Counted from the first letter of the stretch, positions 8,155-18,155 are shown. The stretch is DNA of 32,000 nt from Akkermansia muciniphila ATCC BAA-835 (GCF_000020225.1 NC_010655.1:960001-992000); one strand, 5' to 3'. Program-made: numbers and translations. Notes: generated by a model from the letters alone, not told the origin.

Positions 8155-9216
8155 ATGAAATGTACGGCTTTGTGCATGTGCGCCGCCCTGCTGCCGGTGG
8201 GCTTCCTGCAGGCAGGAACCCAGCAGATAGAAGCGCCGCAGGAGGGCTCCGTTATCAGTTTCCATCTGGAAAACGATATGTTCGTGGGGGATGATGATAA
8301 TTATACCAACGGCGTCCGCTTTGCGTGGATGTCCGGCACCACGTCCCGGAGCCATACGTTTTCCGGCATGCTGGGAACAGTGCTGGGCGGCACGAACGCC
8401 TCGGATTCCTGGCGGCGGTTCATGGGCATGAACGGTTCCGCCAACCTGCGCCAGCAGTGGGGTTTGGACCTGACCCAGCTCATGTACACCCCGGAGCAGA
8501 AGGCCACCTATCCCATCTACAACCAGCACCCCTATGTGGGCAACCTGACGCTGGGGCTGACCTCCCTGGTCAAGAATGAAGACCGGGCCAATTCCCTGGA
8601 GCTGCAACTCGGCACCACGGGCACGAATTCCCTCGCCAAGGGCTCCCAGCATTTCATCCATAAGCTGTGGGGTATGGAGCAATGGCCCGGCTGGGCCAAC
8701 CAGCTCCCCGGAGAGATGACCGCCAATTTGTTTTTCAAGCGGTATTACCGCCTGCGCGGACTGGAGAAGCGCTACGGCTCCGGTTTTGAAACGGATGCCC
8801 TGGCTTACTGGCATGCGGACGCCGGCACAGTAAAGGTGCAGGCGGGGGGCGGCATGTCCTTCCGCTTCGGCTATAATCTGGGCAATACTTCTCCGGAGAA
8901 CAGCATTCGCGGAGCGACCAGTGCAGCACCTCCCTTCGTTTATAACAGGATGTCCGTTTCCAATTGGGGGTATTACGGTTATATTCATGCTGCCGTGCGA
9001 GCCGTGGCTCATGACCTGTATCTGGATGGTACGGTGTTTCGTTCCTCCCCCAAGTATGTGAACAAGTATCCCGTAGTGGGAGAATGGGGTTATGGCTTCG
9101 GCTTCCGGTACAAGCGCTCGGAATTGCTTTTCGGCCTGCATTACATGACCAAGGAATACACCCAGCAGGAATCCATGCAGTGTGTGGGCATTCTCCAGCT
9201 TCGGCATACTTTTTAA
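8155..9216 (+). CDS. LpxR-family (DUF2219) outer-membrane protein, putative lipid A 3'-O-deacylase
   Basis: The N-terminal signal MKCTALCMCAALLPVGFLQAG begins at ATG 8155 (track start is 8104). It is followed by FHLENDMFVGDDDNYTNGVRFAW, which matches the END.F...D..YTNG signature I recall for LpxR/DUF2219. The protein is aromatic/Gly-rich, consistent with a beta-barrel, and ends in ...LRHTF with a C-terminal Phe. Confidence 0.68.
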   Translation: MKCTALCMCAALLPVGFLQAGTQQIEAPQEGSVISFHLENDMFVGDDDNYTNGVRFAWMSGTTSRSHTFSGMLGTVLGGTNASDSWRRFMGMNGSANLRQQWGLDLTQLMYTPEQKATYPIYNQHPYVGNLTLGLTSLVKNEDRANSLELQLGTTGTNSLAKGSQHFIHKLWGMEQWPGWANQLPGEMTANLFFKRYYRLRGLEKRYGSGFETDALAYWHADAGTVKVQAGGGMSFRFGYNLGNTSPENSIRGATSAAPPFVYNRMSVSNWGYYGYIHAAVRAVAHDLYLDGTVFRSSPKYVNKYPVVGEWGYGFGFRYKRSELLFGLHYMTKEYTQQESMQCVGILQLRHTF

Positions 9217-9246
9217 CGGCTGCGTTTGCAGGCCGTTCATAAACGC

Positions 9247-9278
9247 AACAGCAGCTTGCAAAGGGCAAGTTTGCTGTT
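9247..9278 (+). terminator. Hairpin downstream of the LpxR-family gene (weak terminator candidate)
   Basis: AACAGCAGCTTGC / GCAAGTTTGCTGTT pair as a 12 bp stem with one bulge and an AAAGG loop. No clean T-run follows. Confidence 0.35.
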
Positions 9279-9352
9279 AGAATTAGAATTGCGGATTCGT
9301 ATGTAACAGGACAATCCGTTTGTGCATATCAACTCCGACACATATTGATTTC

Positions 9353-12300
9353 ATGAGAACGACCAGATCCTGGCTTTTATCCTGTACCGCGCTGGCGGTA
9401 AGTTCCGCCATGTGCGGCCTGGGAGCACCGGGCGATTCCGCCCCCGCGCCAGCCCCCACAGGGCTGGAATGGGAACAGGAACAAAACCTGCATTTGAATA
9501 AGGAAGCTCCAACCGCCTTTTTCGCGTCTTTCAGCGATTTGCAGTCCGCCTTGAAAGTGCTGCCTGAAAACAGTAAATGGCGCAGGTCCCTGAACGGTCA
9601 GTGGAAGTTCCACTGGGCGAAGGATCCCCAGAGCCGCCCGGCCGATTTTTACAAGCCGGATTACGACGTAAAGGACTGGAAGGAGATTAAGGTGCCTTCC
9701 TCCTGGCAGACTCAGGGTTACGGCACCCCCATTTATTCCAATCAGCCGTATCCCTTTGAACGCTCCTGGCCTTATGTAATGAAGGAGCCTTCCAACAAGA
9801 ATTATACGTCCTACAAGGAACGGAACCCCGTAGGTTCCTACCGCCGCACTTTTGAAGTACCTGCGGACTGGGACGGCAGGGAAGTGTACATGCAGTTTGA
9901 CGGAGTGGATTCCTTCTTCTACCTCTGGATCAACGGGCAGTATGTAGGTTTTTCCAAAGATTCCCGGAATCCGGCCCGTTTTGACATCAGCCCCTACCTT
10001 AAGAAGGGGGAGAATGTGGTGGCCGCAGAGGTGTACCGCCATTCCGACGGAGCATATCTGGAATGCCAGGACATGTTCCGCCTGTCCGGCATTTTCCGCA
10101 ATGTTTCCATCTTTGCGCTGCCGAAAGTTCACATCCGCGACTTTTTCGCACAGGCCAATCCGGTGGACCAGAGGGATTGGGCTTTGAATATTGACCATGC
10201 CAAACCGGGGACCGTGGACGGCGATTGGCGCCTTCAGGTGGATGTGGATGTTCGCAATCTGTTTCCGGCAACGGAAAAGCTGGACGGCTGCACGGTTTCC
10301 ATGGCCCTGTATGACGCTGCCGGAAAACTGGTAGAACCTGTCAAGCCCAAGGATGCGCCATATGACGGCGTGTTGGAAAAGCCCTTGCGCATTACCGGCA
10401 TGAAGGATTTTAAAACTTCCCTGCTGGGCATTTATTCCAAACCCAGACTATGGTCTGCGGAGGATCCCAACCTGTACACCCTGGTACTGACGCTGAAGCG
10501 TGACGGGAAGACGGAAGAAATGGTTTCCTCCCGCGTGGGTTTCCGCAATGTGGTGATTAAGGACAGCGTGTTCCTGGTAAACGGCCAGCCGGTGAAGGTA
10601 AAGGGCGTGAACCGCCATGAAAGCCATCCGGAAACAGGGCATTACGTGACTCCGGAGCAGATGGAGGAAGAAGTGCGGATGATGAAACGCGCCAATATCA
10701 ACCACGTGCGCTGTTCCCATTATCCCGCGGATCCTTATTTTTATTACCTCTGTGACAAGTACGGCATTTACGTGCAGGATGAGGCCAACATCGAGTCCCA
10801 CGGCTATTACTATGGCAAGGAGTCCCTTTCCCATCCCATTGAGTGGATGCCGGCCCACGTGGACCGCATCATGGCGATGGTGGAGCGCAACAAGAACCAT
10901 CCCTGCGTGATTATGTGGTCCCTGGGGAATGAAGCCGGCCCCGGCCAGAATTTCCGCAGTGCGGAAAAGATGGTGAAGGCCAGGGATATGTCCCGCCCCA
11001 CCCACTACGAACGCAATAATGACATTGTGGACTTGGGGTCCAACCAGTATCCGTCCGTGGACTGGACGCGTTCCATGGCGGGCAACAAGGATTTCCCCAA
11101 GCCCTACTATATTTCCGAGTACGCACACAACATGATGAATGCCATGGGCAACCTGGCGGATTACTGGGAGGCCATCGAGTCTTCCGACCGCATTATGGGC
11201 GGCGCCATCTGGGACTGGGTGGACCAGGGCTTGTACAAGACCCTGCCGAATGGAGAAAAGATGCTCTGCTATGGCGGCGATTTCAACGACCATCCCAATA
11301 GCGGCCAGTTTGTGTTCAACGGCACCATCCTGTCGGATCGTACGCCGGAACCGGGTTATTTTGAAGTCAAGCACGTCTATCAGAATATTTCCACATCTTT
11401 GACGGACGACGGCAGGATTTCCATTTTCAACAAGAATTTCTTTACGGACCTTTCTTCATACGACATTACCTGGACCCTCACGGAAAACGGCAATGCAGTG
11501 GCTGAAGGCAGGTTGGACACGCCTCCGGCCGGTCCCAGAGAAAAGATTGTGGTTCCCATTCCGGACATTCCCCAGTTGAAAAACCGGAAACCGGGGGTGG
11601 AGTATGCCTTGCGCATAAGTTACAAGCTGAAGAAGGACAGGGGGTGGGCCAAGAAGGGATATGAATTGGCCTTTGACCAGCTCCAGCTTCCCGTGCAGGG
11701 AGATCTGCCTGTGTTCAAGGCTCCTGCGGGCAAAGTCAGCCTCAGCACGGACAAGCATACCGTTTCCGGCAAGGATTTTTCCGTGCAGTTTGACGCGTCC
11801 ACCGGGGAACTGGCCCAGTTCACGGTAAACGGCAAGCCTCTGTTTAAAACGCCCATGGCGGTGAACGCCCTGCGCGCCGCCTCCAGCAATGAGCCGGGCG
11901 TCATGGCCAAGAGCATGGCTAACGGCCTCCGTGAACTGAAGCATGAACTGCTCAGTTACGAAGCCATTGATAACGGCAATAGCGTCACCGTCAAGCAATC
12001 CATCAAGGTAAGCGGCAAACAGGCTGAAAACATCAGCGGCTACGGCGATACCAAGACCACCATCACGGCCAGGAAGCAACCCCTGAACGATACGAACACC
12101 CATTTCATCAATAATTTGGAATGGACCATCTATGCGGATGGAACTGTCGTCTGCCAGTCCGTACTGCTTCCGCGCGGCAATCCCCTGGAACTGCTGCGCC
12201 TGGGATACGAACTCCAGTTGCCGGCGAATATGGACAACGTAGCCTATTACGGGCGCGGGCCGGAAGAAAACTATGCGGACCGCAAGAGCGGCATGCCTCT

Positions 12301-13147
12301 GGGCGTGTATAAAACGACAGCCTGGGATTCTTTCTTCCCGTACGGCAGACCGCAGGATTGCGGCAACCATGAGGATACCCGCTGGGTGGCCGTTACGGAC
12401 GACAAGGGGAACGGCCTGCTTTTCGGTTCCGTGGGCGCACCGTTCGCTTTCTCCGCCCTTCCGTATACCACCACGGATTTGATCCTGGCAAACCACCCCG
12501 TGGAACTGCCGAAGACGACGGATAAGACCGTTCTGGTTCTCTCTTCCGCCACGCGCGGCCTGGGGGGTGCTTCCTGCGGTCCCGGCCCTATGGGCAGGGA
12601 CATCATCAAGGCCAACAAGCCCTACCCGATGTCCTTCTTTATGCGGCCCATTACCGCCAAGTCCTACAAGGGGGAAATCCGCGTGCCTGCGGCCCGGCTG
12701 GATATGACCATGCTGACCCGCACGGACAAGTATACGGTCAAGAGTGTAACCAGCCAGGAGCAGGGCGAAGCGGACGCCGAATTCGCCATTGACGGTGATC
12801 CCGGCACCTTCTGGCACTCTGAATACAATAAAACCGTGACCAAACATCCGCATGTACTGGCCGTGGACCTGGGTAAGGAGCGGGAATTCTCCGGAATCAC
12901 TTATCTTCCACGTCAGGATGGCAGCAGCAATGGCCGCGTGAAAGATTATTCCGTGGACGTGAGCACGGACGGAGAGAAATGGCAGCCTGCCGCCAAGGGC
13001 TCCTTCCCGGACAGTGCTGACCTGCAGGAAGTGAAATTCCAAGCTCCCGTCAAGGCGCGTTATTTCCGCTTCTCCGCCCTTAGTGAGGCGCAGGGGCGGG
13101 ATTACGCCGCCGTAGCGGAACTGGATATCATTCCCGTTAAGAAATAA
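9353..13147 (+). CDS. Glycoside hydrolase family 2 beta-galactosidase (LacZ-like) with a C-terminal F5/8 type C (discoidin/CBM32-like) domain, secreted
   Basis: The signal peptide MRTTRSWLLSCTALAVSSAMCG begins at ATG 9353 (track start 9320 is TTG). GH2 motifs: VNRHESHPETGH, WSLGNEAG (acid/base Glu) and ISEYAHNMMNAMGN (nucleophile Glu), plus a beta-galactosidase small-chain region. The C-terminus FAIDGDPGTFWHSEY...ARYFRFSALSE... is discoidin-like. Confidence 0.9.
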   Translation: MRTTRSWLLSCTALAVSSAMCGLGAPGDSAPAPAPTGLEWEQEQNLHLNKEAPTAFFASFSDLQSALKVLPENSKWRRSLNGQWKFHWAKDPQSRPADFYKPDYDVKDWKEIKVPSSWQTQGYGTPIYSNQPYPFERSWPYVMKEPSNKNYTSYKERNPVGSYRRTFEVPADWDGREVYMQFDGVDSFFYLWINGQYVGFSKDSRNPARFDISPYLKKGENVVAAEVYRHSDGAYLECQDMFRLSGIFRNVSIFALPKVHIRDFFAQANPVDQRDWALNIDHAKPGTVDGDWRLQVDVDVRNLFPATEKLDGCTVSMALYDAAGKLVEPVKPKDAPYDGVLEKPLRITGMKDFKTSLLGIYSKPRLWSAEDPNLYTLVLTLKRDGKTEEMVSSRVGFRNVVIKDSVFLVNGQPVKVKGVNRHESHPETGHYVTPEQMEEEVRMMKRANINHVRCSHYPADPYFYYLCDKYGIYVQDEANIESHGYYYGKESLSHPIEWMPAHVDRIMAMVERNKNHPCVIMWSLGNEAGPGQNFRSAEKMVKARDMSRPTHYERNNDIVDLGSNQYPSVDWTRSMAGNKDFPKPYYISEYAHNMMNAMGNLADYWEAIESSDRIMGGAIWDWVDQGLYKTLPNGEKMLCYGGDFNDHPNSGQFVFNGTILSDRTPEPGYFEVKHVYQNISTSLTDDGRISIFNKNFFTDLSSYDITWTLTENGNAVAEGRLDTPPAGPREKIVVPIPDIPQLKNRKPGVEYALRISYKLKKDRGWAKKGYELAFDQLQLPVQGDLPVFKAPAGKVSLSTDKHTVSGKDFSVQFDASTGELAQFTVNGKPLFKTPMAVNALRAASSNEPGVMAKSMANGLRELKHELLSYEAIDNGNSVTVKQSIKVSGKQAENISGYGDTKTTITARKQPLNDTNTHFINNLEWTIYADGTVVCQSVLLPRGNPLELLRLGYELQLPANMDNVAYYGRGPEENYADRKSGMPLGVYKTTAWDSFFPYGRPQDCGNHEDTRWVAVTDDKGNGLLFGSVGAPFAFSALPYTTTDLILANHPVELPKTTDKTVLVLSSATRGLGGASCGPGPMGRDIIKANKPYPMSFFMRPITAKSYKGEIRVPAARLDMTMLTRTDKYTVKSVTSQEQGEADAEFAIDGDPGTFWHSEYNKTVTKHPHVLAVDLGKEREFSGITYLPRQDGSSNGRVKDYSVDVSTDGEKWQPAAKGSFPDSADLQEVKFQAPVKARYFRFSALSEAQGRDYAAVAELDIIPVKK

Positions 13148-13175
13148 CTCCTGCGGTTTTTACCGTTTGAACAGG

Positions 13176-13214
13176 CGCCCCGCCGCTCTTTCCGAGTGCG
13201 CGGGGCGTTTTATT
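13176..13214 (+). terminator. Rho-independent terminator of the GH2 gene
   Basis: GC-rich 8 bp stem CGCCCCGC / GCGGGGCG (13176..13183 and 13200..13207) followed by TTTTATT. Confidence 0.7.
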
Positions 13215-13280
13215 GCCGGGCTCCATGGGTTTCCTGGAGGGAAAATGCAGAAGAAGATGGAGGATGAACAATTGGCAGAA

Positions 13281-13318
13281 CAAAAACCCCTGTACGGGAA
13301 ATACCCGTACAGGGGTTT
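13281..13318 (-). terminator. Rho-independent terminator of the PEP-CTERM gene
   Basis: 15 bp perfect stem AAACCCCTGTACGGG / CCCGTACAGGGGTTT (13284..13298 and 13304..13318) with a 5 nt loop. On the minus strand a T-rich run follows. It begins 18 nt after the stop at 13336. Confidence 0.8.
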
Positions 13319-13335
13319 GATGAAAAGGGAAGCTT

Positions 13336-14019
13336 CTATTTCCGTTTACGGCGTACCATCAGGGCCGTCAAACCCAGTAAGCTCATGGTGGCTGTCGCGG
13401 GTTCCGGGATCAAAAGCTGGATGGTATTGTTTTGCAGATTGATGTTTCCCAGGATGCATTCGGTGTAGTAGTCAAGCTCGTTTGTTAGAGCCTGCTCCTT
13501 GGTCGTAAGCCACAGATCGAACGTCTCGGTGCCGGATATATCTATATTATCGTAATTAAGCAGACTGTCGCTGGATACGTCTTTAAAGACAAAAAGAGCT
13601 GTTTCTCCATCCTGTCCCGTCACCATTAGATAAACCGGGGATGTCAGGGAAGAAGAGTAATCTCCGGACAAGTTAAATCTGCCGTCAGCGACGCCGCCAT
13701 TTTGCTCTTCCGGTATATTTGTCAACGCGCTGGTGAAGTTGTTCTGCATGCTCATCAGATCACTGTATTTCAGTTGATCCTGTGCATACGAATTGCCTTG
13801 GAAGTTCCATCGGCTGGTGGTCACATCATAACTCCAAGTACCGCTGCTGAAGGTACCTAAAATGGCATTGCCTGCATTTAGCGGTTCTCCGAGAGAATTG
13901 ATTAGGGAATATGCGGAGGAATCGTCATTGCTGATATTGAAACTGTCCGCTAAGGCAATTTCTCCAGAAAAGAGAGCGCAGGCGGTGAAAGCATTGGTGA
14001 AAAGGGAGCGATAGAACAT
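13336..14019 (-). CDS. PEP-CTERM sorting-domain protein (exosortase substrate type)
   Basis: 227 aa. N-terminal signal, and the C-terminus ...LLIPEPATATMSLLGLTALMVRRKRK. This is a PEP motif, a hydrophobic helix and a basic cluster, the defining PEP-CTERM architecture. Confidence 0.85.
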   Translation of the reverse strand: MFYRSLFTNAFTACALFSGEIALADSFNISNDDSSAYSLINSLGEPLNAGNAILGTFSSGTWSYDVTTSRWNFQGNSYAQDQLKYSDLMSMQNNFTSALTNIPEEQNGGVADGRFNLSGDYSSSLTSPVYLMVTGQDGETALFVFKDVSSDSLLNYDNIDISGTETFDLWLTTKEQALTNELDYYTECILGNINLQNNTIQLLIPEPATATMSLLGLTALMVRRKRK

Positions 14020-14025
14020 GGCTGG

Positions 14026-15036
14026 TTATTTGTTGGTTTGATGTTTGCTGGACACCGTGATGTAGGAAGGTGTCTTGGAAGATTCGTAGTAGATGGAAAA
14101 AACTCCGCTGAAGGGGATATTGGAAACATCCTCTCCATTGTCCTGACGTTTCCAGGAACCGTTGTTGTTGACGACCTTGACCATGGCATTTTTGTCATCT
14201 GCGGGAATGTTGATGACGGCGTCATCAGGCAATTGCAAAGCTATTTCAGCCAAAGTCTGGGAAAGGGGCAGGCGAGTGTGAAGAAGGGAATTGAATGTGG
14301 GAACGACCAGCTTCTGATTCTTCAGGGATACTTCCCCAATGACCACAGCTGTAACATCGGAACCAGCTTTGCGCGTAATGGTCAGGGGTTCATGGCTGAA
14401 CACCGGCATACTGCCGATATTTTCCGTAGATCCCCTTCTTCTCCATTCATTTCCAGAATAATAAGCGGCAAGCTTGGTGGTTGCCGAATTAAAGATATTA
14501 ACCGTGTCTGCAGACATGGCGGAGCCGCTTTTCAGGCCAAACTGGTTGTCTTCTCCAAGAATATCATCCAGAGTGCGCGCCTTGCGCAGGACATATGAAT
14601 CGGGGGGAGTGCCCTTGCTTACCAGATCAGAAAGAAGGCGGTCATTCACTTTAATGGAATGCTCCGTCCAGCTGGCTCCCGGTTTTTTCCAACCATCCCG
14701 GTTTAAGGGAAGAGCTATAACTTCATTGCCGAAGTGAAGAACCAGCACATAGGCGGAGTTTTCATTCATCAGGTCGTTGAAATTAACGTCCGGGTCCGTG
14801 ATGGTGACTTTATTACCGGAAATGGTAATGTTGCCTTCTTCAAGGGTGTGCTGTACCAAGGCTTCCGGATGCACCCCTAAACCCAGATAACCCGTTGCTT
14901 TGGCGTACAGGGTTGTCTGGATATAGCCGCAGGGCGTACTGTAAGCCGTTTCCGCATGCAGGGAGGCGATTGTTGCCGGAAGCAACGCGCATGCGCAGAG
15001 AGAGGCTGGCAGACAATGTACCGGATTGATAAACAT
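14026..15036 (-). CDS. Secreted hypothetical protein, probably co-transcribed with the PEP-CTERM gene
   Basis: 336 aa with signal peptide ...CACALLPATIASLHAETAYS. Its stop is only 6 nt from the PEP-CTERM start. I see no catalytic motif. It is AT-rich like its partner. Confidence 0.65.
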   Translation of the reverse strand: MFINPVHCLPASLCACALLPATIASLHAETAYSTPCGYIQTTLYAKATGYLGLGVHPEALVQHTLEEGNITISGNKVTITDPDVNFNDLMNENSAYVLVLHFGNEVIALPLNRDGWKKPGASWTEHSIKVNDRLLSDLVSKGTPPDSYVLRKARTLDDILGEDNQFGLKSGSAMSADTVNIFNSATTKLAAYYSGNEWRRRGSTENIGSMPVFSHEPLTITRKAGSDVTAVVIGEVSLKNQKLVVPTFNSLLHTRLPLSQTLAEIALQLPDDAVINIPADDKNAMVKVVNNNGSWKRQDNGEDVSNIPFSGVFSIYYESSKTPSYITVSSKHQTNK

Positions 15037-15476
15037 TAACCCATTAAGAAGAAAGGAAATCGTTTGTCAATTAGGAAAGGGGGAAACATTCCCGTTTTTC
15101 ATTTGTCAGACTTTTCCCCGGATGGAGGAAGCTTTCAGGTTTGTCCGGGGGATGGCCCCGGGATTTGAAGCGCAGGAAGGGCTGCCGCCGCTTTTTTCAA
15201 TGCCTCCGGAACAGTAACTTCCAATGGCCGGACACAGGAAAAACAGGACGGAGGCAGGGTGGTAGAGATACGGTGCGGAACCTGGAAGGGGAAAATCATG
15301 AAAAAAAGATTTCAGGAATGCTTGGCAGAGGAAGGGGTGGGGAGAGCCTGAAAACAGGGGAGAGGATTTAATAAAATTTTAATGTTTTTTCCGGGTTGTT
15401 TTATTTGCGCCCTGAACGTTCTTCCATTAGGTTGATTCCAACATTCAAGCCGGATATCATTCCGATTCCTCTTTTC

Positions 15477-18155
15477 ATGTTTTCAGAAACGCATTCGGAC
15501 AGCCAGCGGGCGGACAGGATTCTGGCCTCCATCCGGAGGGAGGAAGCCCGTCCCGGCCGCGGCTTGCTGAAAATCTTCTTTGGCATGGCGCCGGGAGTAG
15601 GCAAAACATGCGCCATGCTGGAGGCGGCCATTCAGGCGGCGGACAAGGGCGTGCGAGTCATTATCGGCGTGGCGGAATCCCATGGGAGGGAAGATACGAT
15701 GCGGCTCATTGGCAGGCTGCCGCGCCTTCCCATGAAAAAGATGGTTTACCGGGGAGTGGAAATGGAGGAATTTGATTTGGAGGAGGCATTGCGCGTGAAG
15801 CCCCAGCTTATTCTGGTGGATGAACTGGCGCATACCAACGTCCCGGGAATGCGCCACAGGAAACGCTATCAGGACGTGGAGGATTTGCTGGCCGCGGGAA
15901 TAGACGTTTACACCACGCTGAACGTGCAGCATCTGGAAAGCCGTTCCGATACCGTTCACGACATTACAGCCGCCCCCGTGCAGGAAACCGTGCCGGATTC
16001 CGTATTGGCGGAGGCGGATTGCATCCAGCTGGTGGACATTACTCCGGATCAGCTGCGGACGCGCCTTCGGGAGGGGAAAGTGTACAGCGCTCCCCAGGCT
16101 TCCGCCGCTCTGGATCATTTTTTCAAGGAGTCCAATTTGACGGCCCTCCGGGAACTGGCCCTGCGCATCGTAGCGGAGAAGGTGGACCATGAACTGACGG
16201 AGGTGCGTACCATTTCCGGGGACCGCTCTATCTGGCGCAGCGGGGAACGTCTGATGGTGGCGGTAGGTCCCAGCCCGTTTTCCGCCCGGCTGGTACGCTG
16301 GACGCGCCGCATGGCTTATGCCCTGAACGCTCCGTGGATAGCCCTTTCCGTGGATACGGGCGTGCCCTTGCCTCCTGAACAGCAGCAGCGGCTGGACGCC
16401 AATCTGGAATTGGCGCGGCGGCTGGGCGCGGAAGTGGTCGTGATGCCCGGTTCCGATTTGGCGGAAACGCTGCTCCGCATGGCTTTTTTAAGAAATGTCA
16501 GCCAAATTGTGGTGGGCAAACCGCAGGAAAGCTACCTGTGGGGCCTGGTGCGGCCCATATCCTTGGTGGATAAGCTGGTGAAGGGAAGCGACCAGATTGA
16601 TATTTACGTGGTTCCCGCCGCTTCGGGACCGGGCCGTAACCGTTGGAAGAGCTGGCACCGGAAAACGGAGAAAGATGGCCGGGATTACTGGCTGGCCGCA
16701 GGCGTGACAGCGGCCGTCACGGGTGCCGGCCTGCTGGTTTCCGCATTTACCGGTTATTTTGCTCCCGGTTTTCTGTATTTGGCCGGAGTAGTGGGCCTGG
16801 GCTTTTTCATCCGTTCCCGCTGGGCCATGCTTCTGGCCGCGGCGCTGAGTGTCCTGTTGTGGAACCTGCTGTTTATTCCCCCGGTGATGACGTTCAAGAT
16901 AGAGCGGCTGGAGGACGCCTTGATGTGCTTCTTTTTCTTTTTGGTGGCCCTTTCTACGGGACGGCTCACTTCCCGCCTGAGGATCCGCGAGCGGGAAGAA
17001 CGGGAACGGGAAAAAAAGACCAATGCCCTGTTCCTGTATTCCCGGGCCATTGGATCCGCTTCGGACGTGCCTTCCCTCATTTCCGTCGCGGCGGGACAGA
17101 TCAGCCAGATTATGGGGGTGCGCCTGGCTGTCATGACGCCGGAAGGAGGCGGCGGTAAGCTGAGGCTTTGGGAGACCGGCGGAGAGTACGCCATGGATGA
17201 GAAGGAATGGAGCGTGGCAGTCTGGTGTATGGAACACCGCCGCCCCGCAGGAAGGTTTACGGATACGATCCCGGTAGCGGAAGGGTTTTACCTTCCCATG
17301 ATGTCCGGGGAGCGTTGCATGGGCGTACTGGGCGTAAGGCCAGAGGAAGGGGAGTGCCTGACGGCCGGGCAGAAGGATTTGCTGGAAAGCATGGGAGCGC
17401 AGCTGGCCATGGCGCTGGAGCGTGAAGAATTGAGGGCGGAACGGGCGCGTACGCGGCTCATGGAAGAATCGGAAAAACTGCACCGATCCCTGTTGGACAG
17501 TGTTTCCCATGAGTTCAAAACGCCTTTGGCCGTGATTGAGGGCGGCTGTGAAAAATTGGCCGGACGTGCCGCGTCCGCACCGGAGGAGCGGGAAGAATAC
17601 GGGGAAATTTTACTGGCCGCGCGCCGTCTGCGCCGCCTGGTGAAGAATTTGCTGGATGTGAGCCGCCTGGAATCCGGCGCTTTGAAACCCAAACTGGACT
17701 GGTGCGATCTGGGGGATGTTATTGAAGGGGCTCTGGCTGCTACCAGGGAAGCACGCCGGAATCATCCCGTGTCTGTTTCCCTGCCGCCGGACTACCCGCT
17801 GGTGAAGGCGGATTTTTCCCTGATGGAACAGGTACTGGTCAATCTGCTGTTGAATGCCTGCGTACATACTCCTGAGGGAACCTCTGTTACGTTGCAAGGT
17901 GGTGCCGACTCCGTGCGCGGCCAGGTCTGGCTGGATATTCATGACATGGGGCCGGGCATTCCTCCCGAACGGGCGGAAACCATTTTTGAACGTTTCCGGA
18001 CGACGCGGCCCGGTGGTTTGGGCCTGGGGCTCCCCATTGTGCGCGGGTTCATGGAAGCTCAGCGCGGTGCCGTCTCCCTGGTTCCCGTTTCCGCCGGAAC
18101 ATGTTTCCGGCTTGTCCTTCCCCTGGTGGAGCACGATAGTGTTCCTGAAGAGTAA
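15477..18155 (+). CDS. kdpD: Osmosensitive K+ channel sensor histidine kinase KdpD
   Basis: The KdpD N-terminal P-loop region GLLKIFFGMAPGVGKTCAML, a Usp-like region, a block of TM helices, HisKA (SVSHEFKTPL) and HATPase motifs (NLLLNA.., DMGPGIP, GGLGLGL). The start was moved to ATG 15477 (MFSETHS...), giving 892 aa. The track start 15396 is a non-ATG codon. Confidence 0.92.
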   Translation: MFSETHSDSQRADRILASIRREEARPGRGLLKIFFGMAPGVGKTCAMLEAAIQAADKGVRVIIGVAESHGREDTMRLIGRLPRLPMKKMVYRGVEMEEFDLEEALRVKPQLILVDELAHTNVPGMRHRKRYQDVEDLLAAGIDVYTTLNVQHLESRSDTVHDITAAPVQETVPDSVLAEADCIQLVDITPDQLRTRLREGKVYSAPQASAALDHFFKESNLTALRELALRIVAEKVDHELTEVRTISGDRSIWRSGERLMVAVGPSPFSARLVRWTRRMAYALNAPWIALSVDTGVPLPPEQQQRLDANLELARRLGAEVVVMPGSDLAETLLRMAFLRNVSQIVVGKPQESYLWGLVRPISLVDKLVKGSDQIDIYVVPAASGPGRNRWKSWHRKTEKDGRDYWLAAGVTAAVTGAGLLVSAFTGYFAPGFLYLAGVVGLGFFIRSRWAMLLAAALSVLLWNLLFIPPVMTFKIERLEDALMCFFFFLVALSTGRLTSRLRIREREEREREKKTNALFLYSRAIGSASDVPSLISVAAGQISQIMGVRLAVMTPEGGGGKLRLWETGGEYAMDEKEWSVAVWCMEHRRPAGRFTDTIPVAEGFYLPMMSGERCMGVLGVRPEEGECLTAGQKDLLESMGAQLAMALEREELRAERARTRLMEESEKLHRSLLDSVSHEFKTPLAVIEGGCEKLAGRAASAPEEREEYGEILLAARRLRRLVKNLLDVSRLESGALKPKLDWCDLGDVIEGALAATREARRNHPVSVSLPPDYPLVKADFSLMEQVLVNLLLNACVHTPEGTSVTLQGGADSVRGQVWLDIHDMGPGIPPERAETIFERFRTTRPGGLGLGLPIVRGFMEAQRGAVSLVPVSAGTCFRLVLPLVEHDSVPEE

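Noticed and set aside
7215-8177. N-terminal extensions proposed by the ORF track for tatD (to 8177), kdpD (15396), the kdpE frame (17854), GH2 (9320), clpB (26411) and the LpxR-like gene (8104).
   Set aside because: In each case the family-typical N-terminus or signal peptide begins at an internal ATG. The extension uses a non-ATG codon, overlaps the neighbouring gene, or adds non-homologous residues.
7161-9318. Recurrent CGGATT / AATCCG hexamers outside the dnaN upstream region (7176..7207 between tatD and the LysM gene; 9292..9318 upstream of GH2), which might be further copies of the 17-mer palindrome.
   Set aside because: Only the 6-mer arms are shared and the spacing differs (16 nt versus 3 nt). 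The hexamer is frequent enough in this sequence that I cannot tell this from chance without a genome-wide count.
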